Below the pieces are notes generated by a model, which saw only the letters and a list, made by a program, of their open reading frames with translations, was not told the DNA's origin and ran no database searches. A program made the translations under genes and the position numbers. A stretch of DNA of 64,000 bases from Carcharhinus longimanus (taxonomy: Eukaryota): contig JASCQW010000081.1 of the NCBI GenBank assembly GCA_030264375.1, positions 73,114,202-73,178,201 on the forward strand, read 5' to 3'. How positions within the stretch are numbered: the first letter of the stretch is position 1; each line of letters starts with the position of its first letter. Positions 1 to 13,400 of the stretch are shown piece after piece.

Positions 1-918
1 CCCCCAACTCCATGCCCCCTTACCTTCTGCAATAACCTCTTGTGAGGTACCTTGTCAAACGCCTTCTGAAAATCAAGCAGGGATTGAAGAAAATTAGACA
101 TCCGCAAATCCAAAGTCCAAGAAAACATTCAAACACTAAGAAAGGTGTCTGCTTCTGTCGTGCCCCAGAATGTCTGGAGAATGTTTTAGACATTGGAGAG
201 CTTTTCGATTAATGTATGTAATGAAGCAGCTGATTTGCCCACAGCAAGACCTCACAAGCAATGATGAGACCCTAGGCAGAATCCCACTTCCCCTGAGTCC
301 TGGTTTCTTTTACAGCCACCTGGGGGAGCGAATGGGGGGGGGCCTTAGCTCGACATCTCAGCCAAAGGACGGCACTTTGGCAGTGCCGCACTCCCTCAGT
401 ACTAGCCCAGGAGTGTCAGCCTCCACCTTGTCTCTACTCTAGGGGCAAAGTGTCTCAGTCACCTGCCTCCGAGGTGAGAGGGCTATCAACAGAACCTTGA
501 TAATGACAGAGATATAACAACTGGCAGGCAAAGAGAAAAAACAACCCATGAGTGTCTACAGGCCTCATTGATATCTGTTTAAATCACAGATCCTGTATAA
601 AAGGAATATAAATTATTTGAAATGTAGTTCTTTAAATGTTTTACGCCAGTAGAGAGGAATTCTAACACCACTCAATTTTTTATGTTAAAAGCTTTAAGGT
701 AATTTTTATGTATAGATGCAGATTATTGTAATGGATTCCTGCAGAGTAACGAGTGAAAAAGCTGTTTATTAATTTTTGGGCTTCATCTCATTTGGATCAA
801 TCAGCCTGGTTAATGAACAGAATTTCTAAAGACAAACAAGTCAATCTTTCCCCCTTATTTGTTTCACTAGCAGATTTTTATCAGCAAGATAAACATAGAT
901 CATTCAGTGCCCGACTGA

Positions 919-1133
919 TGACCTTTGCCCCTTTGCTCCTGTTTGGTCTTTGGCCAATCGAGTCATAGAGATTTACACTTTGCATTTGGCTATTTATTTA
1001 ATCAGGGGTTTACAGCAGCACCAATACAGAGGCCTACATGGTCAAAGCCTAACAACCTTTTAATAGCAGCATTATTGTCATGTGGTCATTTCGGCTATTG
1101 TTTCTTTGAGACAGAACAACAACGTGACGTCAC
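919..1133. promoter_or_regulatory. Possible enhancer motifs: DR1 nuclear-receptor-like TGACCTTTGCCCC (919-931) and palindromic CRE GTGACGTCAC (1124-1133)
   Basis: Motif matches in an apparently repeat-free block about 3 kb upstream of FAM163A coding exon 1; function unproven. Confidence 0.25.
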
Positions 1134-2758
1134 TAAACTGGTGTCTCGTTTGCATCTTGAAATTCTGGCACACAGCCCAAAAATGCAAATCCACTCCCCC
1201 CCCCACCTTGCCGACGCAGCCTTTTTAATCAGAAGAGATCCTCCCCAGTTTCCGGCTAGTTATATCGTTGGCAAACGTCTGCAGCACAACTCAGGATGTG
1301 CCGTGATCCAGCCGATGCCAACACTGCCACCGCTGGGTGTTGTGTGGTACTGTGGGGCTCTGGCATTAAACTCAATCAGCACTCCAGCGCTTAGAGACGT
1401 CTCTGAAACCCAAACGACCAGCTCATTTCCGGTTCACTACATATTCTCTGGAATTAGCACAACGTGACTTCCAGGAAAGAAGGGGAGAATGTATTTTCCA
1501 CCTCACCCATCCTGAAGAATTACGGATTCACGGCACAGAAACAGGTCATTCAGGCTGACCAGAGTGTTTGGCAGCGTCAGGAGGAGTGCTGCTCACCTGC
1601 AATTGGGGTGTGCCATCGACAGGACTGTAAGATCCTGCTGGCATAAGCAGCAGATTTCAATCGCCTGAACCTCTATCTTTTCTCATCGATATCTTAATCT
1701 TCTATTCTCTTCCCTTTCCCACACTTGTCTTTCTTCCCCTTAAATGTATCTGTACTGTTCACATATCACCCATCATGGCAGACGGTGAATTTTGAATTCA
1801 ATAATAATCTGGAATTAAAAGTCTAATGATGATTCTGAAACCATTGTCAATTGTCAGAAAAGCCCATCTGGTTCACTAGTGACCTTTAGGGAAGGAAATC
1901 TTCAGTCATTACCCGGTCTGGCCTACATGTGATTCCAGACACACAGCAATGTCGTTGACTATTAAGTACCCTCTGAAATGACCAGACAAACCGGTCAGTT
2001 CAAGGACAGTTAGGGATGGGCAATAATTGCTGGCCCAGCCAGAAATGCCCTTGTCCTGTGAACAAATAATTTTAAAAAATTCACTTCAAACACTTATAGT
2101 GGGAGCACATTCTACACCCTCACCATTCCCTGGGGAAAGATGTTTCCTCTGAATTCCCTATTGGATATCTTCCTGACCACCTTAAACTGACGGTCTCTCC
2201 TTTCCCTTCCCCACAAGTGGAAACATTCTCGCTGCATTTGTGCGATCAAAAACTTTCCGAATTTTAAAGACTTCGATTGGGTCGGCCCTCAGCCTTCCCT
2301 GCCCAAGGTCAAAGAGTCCCACCCTCTGAGGGCGGGATCCTGAGCCCAAGTTTGCCCTCCACGGGGATGGCGACATGGGCTCAAAGATCAGAAAAGCGTG
2401 AATCTAGCCGGCGAGATTGCGTTTTCCTATGTTGAAGTAACCTCACCAGTGGAGTGATGTGGAACACGCTGGAAAAGTTGGGGGGGGGGGGACTGAAAAA
2501 AGGGGTTGAAATTACAAGGTAGCAAACAAATCCTATTGTTGTCAGTCCTGGGAAAACGAGTGTTTAATTACACCGTCTCCTTTATCCAGTCATTCACAAT
2601 TTTAAATCGTTCCTGTCGATCGGTGAAATTTTAAATTACCATACTTGCACGGGGGGGGNNNNNNNNNNNNNNNNNNNNNNNNNNNNNNNNNNNNNNNNNN
2701 NNNNNNNNNNNNNNNNNNNNNNNNNNNNNNNNNNNNNNNNNNNNNNNNNNNNNNNNNN

Positions 2759-3300
2759 AAGTCTGAGGTCACGTATCAACCAACTCAAGAACAGCTTCTT
2801 CCCTGCTGCCATCAGACTTTTGAATGGACCTACCCTGTATTAAGTTGATCTTTTTCTACACCCTAGCTATGACTGCAACATTACATTCTGCACTGTCTCC
2901 TTTTGCTGGTGGCACAGTGGTTAGCACTGCTGCCTCACAGTGTCAGAAACCCAAATTCAACTCCTGGCTTCAGTCACTGTCTTTGCGGAGCCTGCATGTT
3001 CTGCCCATGTCTGCATGGGTTTGCTCTGGTTTCCTCCCACAGTCTAAAAGACATGCCGGTTAAATAAATTGACCATGCTAAGTTCTTCCTCAGTATACCC
3101 GAACAGGCACCAGAGTATGGTAACTAGGTTATTTTCACAGCAACTTCATTGCAGTTTTAATGTAAGCCTATTTGTGACAATAATAAATAAGCTTTAAACT
3201 TTCCTTCTCTATGAATGGTATGCTTTGTTTGTATAACGCTCAGAAAACAATATTTTTCACTGTACACTAATACATGTGACAATAATAAATCCAATCAAAA
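2759..3300 (+). mobile_element. Rex1-type LINE 3' end interrupted by an HE1-like SINE (~2908-3200)
   Basis: Same 3' sequence as 28560-28785; SINE head ggtggcacagtggttagcactgctgcctcacag. Confidence 0.8.
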
Positions 3301-4198
3301 TGGGGCCTTAGGTTTAACACCTCATTTGAAAGATGACACCTCTCAAAGTGCAGAACTCCCTCCAGCGCTGCGCCAGAGTCTCAGCTCCCATCATCATGCT
3401 CAAGGCCTGAGTGGGATTTGAACCTGGAACCTTGTGACTCAGGGGTGAGGGTGCTGCCCCCCTCAACCATGAGTGACAACTCAGTGCAGCAAGAACGGGC
3501 ATAACTGAAGACCTGGCAGGATATCCTCAGCTGAGGAAAAGGGAAGACTTATCAGAAGTATTGACATAGAAGACAGAAATGTCAGCACAAATGTGGTGGA
3601 GAGACAGGGACGTGAGAATGGAATGGAATGGAATCCTTAGTGGCAGTGCAGCACGAGGGAGTGTATTTGTAACAGTCATGGGCTAATAATGAATATTTTG
3701 GTTTCACAGAAGTGAATTTTCATCTAATATAATTCTAAATAATATTAAAACTGAAAATGCTGGAAAACGCAACTGGTCTGGCAGCATCTGTGGAGAGAGA
3801 AACAGAAGTAAACAATGTGATCTTACTAGCCATTCACACCNNNNNNNNNNNNNNNNNNNNNNNNNNNNNNNNNNNNNNNNNNNNNNNNNNNNNNNNNNNN
3901 NNNNNNNNNNNNNNNNNNNNNNNNNNNNNNNNNNNNNNNNAAATGCTGGAAAACGCAACAGGTCTGGCAGCATCTGTGGAGAGAGAAACAGAAATAAACA
4001 ATGTGATCTTACTAGCCATTCACACCAAGCTCTTGCTGCAGTGAGGCCGAAGAACTTGGCAGCCAGCCAAATCTCCGTTCACTGCAGCAGGATGGGGAAA
4101 TCCCACTGGCGTGAACGGTGCTAACATTCTGACCGCAGTTTCAAAGACTCCACCACCCGATTCTCACCACTTTCTCTCTTTGTTCTTCCAGGGTTTGA

Positions 4199-4387
<189 letters not shown>

Positions 4388-4906
4388 TAGTGAATGAACC
4401 TATGGGGAGATTCCCAATGACTGCAGAACACCATACTGTGTCTGTTTTGAAACTCGTTCCTCCTTGTTTGTCCAGATGGCTATGTCCTAACATAGACTTT
4501 GGTGATTCCTTGAGTAAGCAAGCAGTGGCCAAATGCCTGCCTAATGTGAAGAAAAAAGCAAGACTTACATTTCTATAGTCCCTTTCACAACCTGTCCCAC
4601 AGACGTTTACAGCCAATGAAGTACTTTTTGAAATGTAGTCACTGTTGCAATGTGGGAAACACAGCTGTTAACTGTTAGGCAGCAATCTCCCACAAACAAC
4701 AATGAGATAAATGACCATTGCTTTATAATGGGATTGGTTAAGGGATTGGTTAATGTTGTGCCTGGTTGGTACCATTCCGCTGGCTGGGGGGGGTTTATAG
4801 AACCGGGGAACTCAGTTTCAGATTTAGGGATAAGCCATTTCAGACTGAGGTGAGGAAGAATTTCTTCATTCAGGGGGGAGTAAATCTTTGGAATTCACTA
4901 CCCCAT

Positions 4907-5300
4907 GCACGCACACTCTCTCCTCTCTCACACAGGCACACCCCTTCACACACACACACGCATGCACCCCTCTCACGCACACACACTCTCCTCACTCACA
5001 CACACACACACAAACACACAGTGATTCTGTGCCTCTCTCACACTCTCCTCTCTCACACACTTACACTCTCCCCTCTCTCTCTCTCTCACTCCTCTTGCTC
5101 TCTCTTACTCACTCTCCTCCCCCTCTCTCTCTCTTTCACACTCTCCCCTCCCTCTCTCTCTCTCTCTCACACTCCCCTCTCTCTTTTTCACTCTCTCTCA
5201 CACACTCACACGCCCCTCCCTCTCTCATGCCCGGGGCCCGCACTCTCCCTCGCCCCGGGGCCCGCGCTCTCCCTCGCCCCGGGGCCCGCGCTCTCCCTCC
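4907..5300. repeat. CA/CT low-complexity tract plus a 24-bp GC-rich minisatellite x3 (~5229-5300)
   Basis: (gccccggggcccgcRctctccctc)3 directly visible. Confidence 0.9.
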
Positions 5301-6067
5301 CTCACTCCGTCCACCTTACTCTCAAAGTTACCTTAAAAGTTTATCTTCCCATTGTTTTCTGCTTGTCCAATCACTGACTGGTTTCTCCCCGCATTTGCTG
5401 CTGTTAGGCTCACCCAAGCCAGCCTGTACAGTATTTTTTAAATGTTAGCCAGTTAAACGTCCGACAAATGTGGCGAGCTGAGTCCAGAGGTCTGGGGGAG
5501 GCGCAATGCGGACAAACCACTGGCTGGACAAACTTAATCTAATTGAGGGGCTGAATGGCCTACTCCTGCTCCTATGTTCCAATGAGTGATGGGGTCTTCA
5601 ATGCCTCCTGAGAGGTCAGACAGAACCTCATTTTAACATCTCGTCCATAATACAGCACTTGCTGACAGTGCAGCACTCCCTCAGTACCACACTGGGAGTG
5701 AGCATTAGTTTACATTATATTCTCAAGACCCCAAATGGTGATTGAACCCATGACTCTCAGAAACAGAGGTGAAAGTGCTGCCTGGTTCTGTAGAGAGGAG
5801 TAACAGAATGAGCTGCATTAAGCCTTGCTCCTAGCAGGAAAAGGACAAGTGTGCAAAACCAATGCGCTGCATCCAACACCCACAGCAACAACTTATGCCT
5901 GTATAGCGGCATTAATGTAGTCTCTGCCCAGGAACATGATCAGATAAAACTCAGCACTCAGCCACATAAGGAGACCTTGGAGTTCTGTGGGGCTGCAGGA
6001 CATTACAGAGTAAGGGAGGACGGAGCGAGGACGTGGAGAGATTTGCAAACAAGGTACAGAATTGAGA

Positions 6068-6775
6068 TAAAAGCAAATTACTGCAGATGCTGGAATCTGA
6101 AACCAAAAGAGAAAATGCTGGAAAATCTCAGCAGGTCTGGNNNNNNNNNNNNNNNNNNNNNNNNNNNNNNNNNNNNNNNNNNNNNNNNNNNNNNNNNNNN
6201 NNNNNNNNNNNNNNNNNNNNNNNNNNNNNNNNNNNNNNNNNNNNNNNNNNNNNNNNNNNNNNNNNNNNNNNNNNNNNNNNNNNNNNNNNNNNNNNNNNNN
6301 NNNNNNNNNNNNNNNNNNNNNNNNNNNNNNNNNNNATTGGACACCCCCGCTGGGACAATTACCTGCCCTCAATCTTTTCATTGGGAACTGTCGACAGGAC
6401 ATTGGCCATCTTAATTTTTCCGCCCCCTAACCCATTCCAACTTTCTGCCCTTTGCTCCCTCAGGTCTGACCCCGACATTGTCATCAAACCTGCCAGCAAA
6501 GGGGGTGGTGTTGTCATCTGGTGTACTGACCTCTACCTCACAGAGGCCGAGCACCAACTCTCAGATACCTCCTCTTACCTCTTCCTGGACCATGACCATA
6601 CCACTGAACATCAAGCCATTATCTCCAACAGGCCTCATTTCCTCCGGATGCCTTCCCCCACAACTTCCAACCTCATAGTCTCCCAACCCAGGATAGCCCG
6701 CTTCTACCTACTTCCCAAAATCCACAAAAAGGATGGGTAGGCCCATTGTGTCAGCATGCTCCTGCCCCCCCCCCA
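6068..6775 (+). mobile_element. Penelope-like fragment in the FAM163A intron
   Basis: DIVIKPASKGGGVVIW, QLSDTSSY, ARFYLLPKIHK, GRPIVSAC; inverted terminal-repeat-type sequence at 6068-6140; includes an N gap. Confidence 0.8.
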
Positions 6776-7020
6776 CTATAGAACTGAGACATTGCTGGAT
6801 TGGGAGCCAGTATGTGAGCAGAGGGATAATCGGTGAGTCAGATTTTGTGACAGATCAGATATGGGCAGCAGAATTTAAGATGAGTGGAGGTTTATGGAAG
6901 GTTCACAATGGGTCGCCAGCCAGGGGAACACTGGAATTGCCAAAGCAAACTGTTGACTGCTGGTTTCTTCTGACTAACGCCTCCATTTTCTTTCTTTCTT
7001 TCTCGTTGTCCCCGTCCCAG

Positions 7021-7386
7021 TATTATTGCTGCAAGAAGGATGAATCAGACGATGAGGAAGAAGGTTCGGATTTACCCGCTCATCCACACTTCCCTTGCAA
7101 CTCATGCAATGCGCACGTTGTGGATGGATTGGTCGCTCAGCTGGCTCCTGCGGTGGAGCCCGGCCAGACGGTGGCCAGGGGCTCCTGCCCCAGCTGCTCG
7201 CCCTTTTACATACAGACCGCCGATGAGATGCGCAATGGGGGTGAGCGCATCACGTACACTCCTGCCTGCTACAAAGAGCCAGGGCTGCCCATTGAGATGC
7301 CATCACTGCAAGGTTTCCCGTTGAGCCAGCCGAACGCCATGCGGGAAACGCCTACGGGTACCAGGGCTATAAGTACTGAGGTGTGA
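7021..7386 (+). CDS. FAM163A: FAM163-family protein, coding exon 2 (to stop)
   Basis: Acceptor ...tcccag ends at 7020, then YYCCKKDESDDEEEGSDLPAHP...CNSC...SPFYIQTAD...GGERITYTPACYKE...RAISTEV*. DLPxHP, CNxC, SPFYIxTAD, YKE and RAIST match my recollection of FAM163A better than FAM163B. Spliced product is 152 aa. Confidence 0.88.
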   Translation, partial: YYCCKKDESDDEEEGSDLPAHPHFPCNSCNAHVVDGLVAQLAPAVEPGQTVARGSCPSCSPFYIQTADEMRNGGERITYTPACYKEPGLPIEMPSLQGFPLSQPNAMRETPTGTRAISTEV

Positions 7387-8204
7387 ACTGGGGACCGGGG
7401 AAGCTTCAGAAGGTGGAGAGAGGGAGAGTATTTTTTTTCTAATAAGGGGGAGGAAAAAGAGAGTTTGCAAAAAAAAACATATGGCCTTGAACAACAGGTT
7501 CCAACGGAAGAAATTCACCCCTTTCCAATCTCATCAGTGAAGGACAGTGTTCATCCGGCAAGAACACAAGGAGGGCATTAACTCGAGCCACCCTTTGCTC
7601 AGAACTTGCTTCCTGGGTGACAATACGGATAAAAGCTAAAACCAGTCCCACTGCATCTAATTTAGGAAAGTCCATTTGTGTCTTTATAAACTTTCCGCAG
7701 GACTCCTAATTGCAAAGCCAGCGCGGTAGGCTCATCTTTTTCCCGAAGAGGTTTAGGGCATTAAATTTCCATATCTAAGGCTTAAAAGTCAATTGAGTGA
7801 ACCAGGCTGGAATCTAAGCATCAAAAAGCAAAGTGTCATTTCACTCTGATTTTTTGCTGTTATTCCAACACATTGATTTTTTTACACACCAGATCATTGC
7901 ATTGTATCTCCAATGCATCAAGTTGTTTGCAATTTGCATCACTTCAAAGTATTTGTTCTGTCCCCAGTCTCTAACATTACATGAATTATTAAAATCCCCT
8001 CACTGCACCTCTAGAGTCACCGAATATCGTTTCAGTGGATTTCATTCCACCTCATCCACTCTCATCTCAGCCAATGGTTTTGGCCATGGTCAGGAGGAGG
8101 ACAAGAGTGAGAGCTCCCGGGCATTGCTGTGAGTGGCCCAGGTTGTTGTGTCTTTGTTTTCTTCCAACCCTCTTGTTAAATAGTTCAAAAACTATTTGCA
8201 ATGT

Positions 8205-8205
<1 letters not shown>

Positions 8206-8236
<31 letters not shown>
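8206..8236. repeat. (GT)n microsatellite
   Basis: Direct observation. Confidence 0.95.
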
Positions 8237-8237
<1 letters not shown>

Positions 8238-8289
8238 AGGGAAGGTGGGGGGGTGCGGGTAGCAGAGAGACAAGGAAGAACAACTCCTG

Positions 8290-8820
8290 AGGGCAGTTGT
8301 ACAAAGATAGAAACCACCTGGAGTGCTGTATACACACCTTTGGTCCCCTTATTTACTGAAGGAGATAAATGCATCAGAAGCAGTCCAGAGAAGGTTGATT
8401 CGACTGAAAGCTGGGATAAGGAGGTTATCATATGAGGAAAAGTTGGGCAAGCTGAGCCTACACACATTGGAATTTAGAAAATTGACTGAGTCCTATAAAT
8501 TCCTGAGGGTATTTAACAGGATGGATGCTGAAAGGATGTTTCCCCTAGTGGGAGAGATTAGAACTAAAGGACACAGTTAAGATGGAGAGGGGACTTTTTT
8601 TTCTCTGAGGGTTGTGAGTCTGTGGAATTCTCTTCCCCGATGGAAGCACAGTCCTTGACTATTTTTAGAGCAGAGGTAGATAGATTCTTGACTAACAAGG
8701 GAGTCAAAGGGTAGGCAAGAATGTGGAGTTGATGCCACAATTAGATCAGCCATAATCTGATTGGAGCAGGTTCATGGGGCCGAAAAGCTCACTCCTGCTC
8801 CTAACTAATATGTTTGAATG
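8290..8820 (+). mobile_element. CR1 3' fragment
   Basis: WSPYL..EAVQRRLIRL..LSYEEKL..RMFPLVGE. Confidence 0.8.
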
Positions 8821-9329
8821 TATGTCTGATGAACAGGATCAGACATGGCTATAACGATTGTCAACTTCCAGCCAGCCTGTCTCACTCTTACAGCCTGGGC
8901 TCACTGGCTGAGTACCTGTGCACCTGCTACCCAGTCAGCACCCACTGGGAGAGCACCATCGAGTAGGTTGTTGGAACATTGGGGATTGGGTGAAGCCTGG
9001 TGCTGGCAGGAGAAGGAGTACTAATGGTATTCAAGCCTGGGGGGGCAGCAAATCATTTGTCAGCCTAAACGCTATTGGATTTAGGTTTAGTCTTTGGATA
9101 TCAGTGGGGGTGAGGGATATGGGGGCGTTGGAGGTGAAAGAAAGCATCTGGCTTTGGGCAATAGGTTCCGTCAAGGAAATTCATTCCGTTCTAATCTCGG
9201 TCAGTGGGAGAGATTATCCATCTTGAATGAGGTGGTCAAAATGTCTAATGCTCAGAAACTCTCTCCCTCTTCCTGACCATGACATGTGTAACCCTACAAT
9301 TAGTTATCTCCTTTTTCTTTCCAAAAAAA

Positions 9330-10790
9330 AGTACAAAGCTTTCAAAAGCATGGCCTCTTCGACACAGACTGATCTGACCATTGCTGGTGCAACCTGGTCA
9401 ACACAATACTGACACTCACAGCATCGATGTAAGTTGTGCACTCTCCACCATCATGTGCAAAATGCTTACATTCCATCCCTGGTCAACCTCATCACTTCTC
9501 AAAGTGAAAATGTTCTGTTTCGTTCCAAGTGCGGAACAGTTTTTAACATTCGTGGAATAATACTCGCACGTTGTGAACCAAACAAGAAGAAGAACAACGG
9601 GCTGTGAGCATGTAGTCAACGTGGTTTCCAACAACACCAGGAAAACATACCATATTGGTGTCACAGAGACACTCAGCATTTCACTTCTAAAAACAACTGC
9701 TTTGTGAATATGTTTACATGGATTTGCCAGTGCCTCCCAGAGCCTGTGGGAAGTGTGTGTATGTGTGTCTCCCTGCAGCAAATCACCCAGTAGACAAAAT
9801 CACTTCCTCGTGTGGTTTATCGGCTGAGATAGGCAAGTTTCAGAAAGAGAGAGAGAGACTGAAGTCTTGTCATGGTGCTTTTTCACCTTAGCAGCCAGAG
9901 TTTAAATCTAATCTAGGCTATCGGCTTGAACATCTCCTCAATTCCAAGATGGAAAGGACATGTATGTGTTGGCACAGTCCCATTCCCATCCCCATCTTTC
10001 ACCCTTGCTGATAATTCTGCACAAATTGGCAAGTTACATAAGGCCTCAATTGTGGGAATTGAGAAAGTCATATCAGTGTGGGGAGAGGAAAGACTTGCGC
10101 ACGGTTTAAGTGATTTGGTGGAGATGTCAAACTGTTGCATCCCAAGCTGTACCTTAGCCGAGAACAACTGAAGACGGAATGTATTTAAGAGTGGACATCT
10201 ACCAAACCCTGGCAATCTCATCATGATCAGCATCAAATCCGATATCACTGCTAATTCAGCACTGATTAAATAATAGCTTCCATCGATCAGGAGTAATTGG
10301 GCCTCAGCAAAGGCCAAGGAAGCGATTGGCAACAGCAGAGGATTGTCACAATGATGCAATAACTTGGTAAAAACACTTTCATTACTGAATTTCAGGGATT
10401 GCATAAGTTTGAAGTGTTCGTCTTTGATTATTAGAATTTAATGGGATGTGTCTCTGGTGGCGATAAGAGTCTTCTGATGAAAATTTGTCACATGATCATC
10501 AACACCAATGTGTAACAATCAGCCTATGATCGTTTCCCGTGTGTATGAGCAGGAATCTGATCAGTCCATGTACTGGAGTCGTATTCTGACTCTATTGTAC
10601 AGTACAATCTCCTGTTATCTTTGGAGGCATTCGAATAACACTTCAGAGACCCTCTTGTGGTCATGTGCCAGACAATTAAATATTAAGGTGAAAAGTAACT
10701 TCTACTTTTGACAACATCTGCACAAGACAGTGTGTTGGTACCAGCTGACTAGACAATTGGGCCTTGATGGTCAAAATGTCACTGTTGGCA
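9330..10790 (+). mobile_element. Possible very old Gypsy pol remnant (RNase H/integrase)
   Basis: TLADNSAQIGK..SIVGIEK weakly resembles the NYAQIEKE..IxxGxxKF motif; other motifs are only faint. Confidence 0.3.
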
Positions 10791-11664
10791 CCACTCTCCC
10801 TCACCTCAGCTCTGAAGAACGACCTGGGCATCTTATCAATGAACTGCCACTGTTCATTTGCAAGGTTAAGTCACCAGCAAGGGGATAAAGCTATTGTGGT
10901 ATCTTTCCTGTGCCATCCTCCCCTCACTCTCATAATCCTAGATGTCTTCTGCTTCAGACTTTACTCCCAACATTTTGTTTGTCAACTTGTGTGTGTTCTC
11001 TTCGCCTCCCAACCAAATTGCCTTTCTCTTATTCTCCCCTACCATCCTCACTCACTCCAAGATTTATATTCCTCCCTCATTTTTAGCCACCAATCTAGCC
11101 TCTGTTCCTTGAACTGATGCTCTCTCTCACCTCCCTCTCTCCCCCCTCTCTCCCTTCTGAGCCACTTTCTTCTCTGCCACACAAATGCACTGGCCTACAG
11201 TAACTCACGTTGACAGGCCCATATTCGAGCTCCAGCCCCATAGATATATCAAACCCAACAATATCTGAGCTCTTTGAAGTTGGGGGCTGGAGGATAGAGG
11301 CGCAACTGGATCTGATTTTACAAAATATTTCCAATGTGAGCTCGCAATATTGCAGGCACAGTAATTACAGGTTAATATCTGTAAGAGCCAGCACCCCCAA
11401 CTATATGCACACCAGACTGGTCAGGTCTTCAAAGTAAACTTTGTTGACTAACAGGATTTTATCCTTTGGAAAGCCTTTAAGAGTTCAGTGTAACAAACAG
11501 CATCCAACACAGGGGCAGTGGAGTGCGATTGGCAGCAAGCAAACTTCCAATTTCAGAATTTCTGTGACAAGCCCTCCCAAATCTGCAAACTCCCATCAAC
11601 ATGAATTGGGAATGCCACCGCCTGTGAAATGCCCCCCTCCCCAGGTCACGCACCATGTTGACTA

Positions 11665-12135
11665 AACTGTTCCTTCACTGTCACTGCTTCAAAATCCTGG
11701 CACTCCCTCCCTAACAGCACTGTGGGTGTATCTACACCACATGGACGGCAGCAATTCAAGAAGGCAGCTCACCAACACCTTCTCAAGGGCAACTAGGGAT
11801 GGGCCATAAATGCTGGCCTTTCCTGTGATGTCCACATTCCAGGCACCGTGGTTAGCACTGCTGCCTCACACTACCAGGGACCTGGGTTCAATTCCAGCCT
11901 TGGGTCACTGTCTGTGCGGAGTCTACACATTCACTCCATGTCTGCGTGGGTGTCCTCCGGGTGCTCCAGATTCCTCCCACAGTCCAAAGGGTTAGGTGCA
12001 TTGGCTATGCTAAATTGACCCTAGTGTCAGGGGACTAGCAGAAGGGTAAATATGTGGGGTTACAGGAATAGGGCCTGAATGGGATTGTTGTCAGTGCACA
12101 CGCAATGGGCTGAATGGCCTCCTTCGGGACTCTAG
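11665..12135 (+). mobile_element. L2/CR1-type 3' tail followed by an HE1-like V-SINE (~11842-12135)
   Basis: Shared tail motif; tRNA-like A/B-box head and V-domain. Confidence 0.75.
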
Positions 12136-12299
12136 GATGAATCTCTTTTCACAAAAGAAAGTTACTGAGCATTTAATATCTTTGTTCCTCATGAGCAGTG
12201 TGTTTGGTTTGAATTTAGTGCTGGTAATGGCAGTTGTGGATCCTGAAGTTATGAAGTACGAACAGTATCACCAGCTTAATTGGAACTCTGGAGTGGTGG

Positions 12300-13400
12300 T
12301 GAAGTACGACAGATCAAACCGCTGTCATCCACTATTTTACAGGGATGGATGGACAGACTCCAATGCCACAGACACCTCTCCCCTCACTGACACCCCCGCC
12401 AACTTTTATTGAGATCCCTAGGCCAGCCTTACTGCTGCATGGATGGCCCCAGCGTCTCCAGGAACTGATGCTTGATAGCTTGGTAGCGATGCCAGCAAAC
12501 ACTGGGATAAAACCATCAGAACATTTCTTAAATTTACATTGGAGACTTCCACTCATTGGTTATAAACATGCATTGGAGGTGATGAAAAGAGCAGTTTGAA
12601 ATTGAGAAACGCCCAATAGACACTGGGTACCAGGGATGTTGGGATGCTGGTGCATCAGGAGGAGGGTGGGCCAATGGCAGGGGCAGGGTAACAGGAGTCA
12701 GGAGGTCATCTGATGAAACAGTCAGGAACATGTCCAACCAGAGTTAGCAATCCCGTTGCTGCATGCTAGTGGAAGAGTTACATGGGGATCGCACAGCTCC
12801 ACACCCACCCTTCCGACCTTACTCATCGACCCCGNNNNNNNNNNNNNNNNNNNNCAGAGACTTTCACCCCATCCCTCCTCCCCTGCCACCAACCACTCCC
12901 CCTCCAGGACCCTGACCTCACCTCCGATCCACGTGCCCAGTTTCCAAACCCTGATCCCTGCCTACCCTATCTCAGCATCCCCTCCAATGTCCCCCATTCT
13001 CAAACAAAAGTCTGCCACCCCACCATCTTAAGACTTCAGATCTCCCCTCGAGGATAGGCAGCCCACCTGAATGGAGCCCCTGCTCCCATGCCCCTGATCA
13101 AACACACTCCTCCCCAAAGAGTCTACATGCTTTCCAATTGTTGTGAGAAGGCAGGTGCCCCGTGACCATGGCTGGATCAGCTGGGAGCGTAGGGTCAGGA
13201 CGGGTTGCAGGTGTGTGGTGAAGCCTGTAAGAATCCATCCAACCAGTGTTGCCAAGGTTACTGCAGGGCCATTGACTACAGAGATTGTGTTCAAAAGATT
13301 CACTTACTTGTTCAAAAGAGCCTTGTTGCGCTCAAACACAGCTTACCATGTAGCCTGGTGGTCCGGTAGAGTCTAGGGATTGTGTACCACTGTTTTAGAC
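12300..13400 (+). mobile_element. Possible Harbinger-like DNA transposon remnant (Myb/SANT-like piece)
   Basis: SVAKVTAGPLT..KRFTYL..NTAYH weakly resembles a Myb/SANT-like helix. Confidence 0.25.

Noticed and set aside
925-1467. 180-aa ORF
   Set aside because: Non-ATG start, no recognisable domain and no splice context.
2908-2990. tRNA-like A/B-box sequences
   Set aside because: These are SINE heads, not tRNA genes.
3755-4027. Near-identical ~85-bp sequences on both sides of a 100-N gap (similar cases at 15355-15530 and 34070-34225)
   Set aside because: Typical contig-overlap or collapsed tandem artefact; cannot be resolved.
4766-5448. 203-aa and 186-aa ORFs
   Set aside because: Translation of a CA/CT low-complexity tract and minisatellite next to a CR1 fragment.
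6733-7020. N-terminal part of the 217-aa ORF
   Set aside because: Intronic Penelope/LINE sequence; the true exon starts at the acceptor before 7021.
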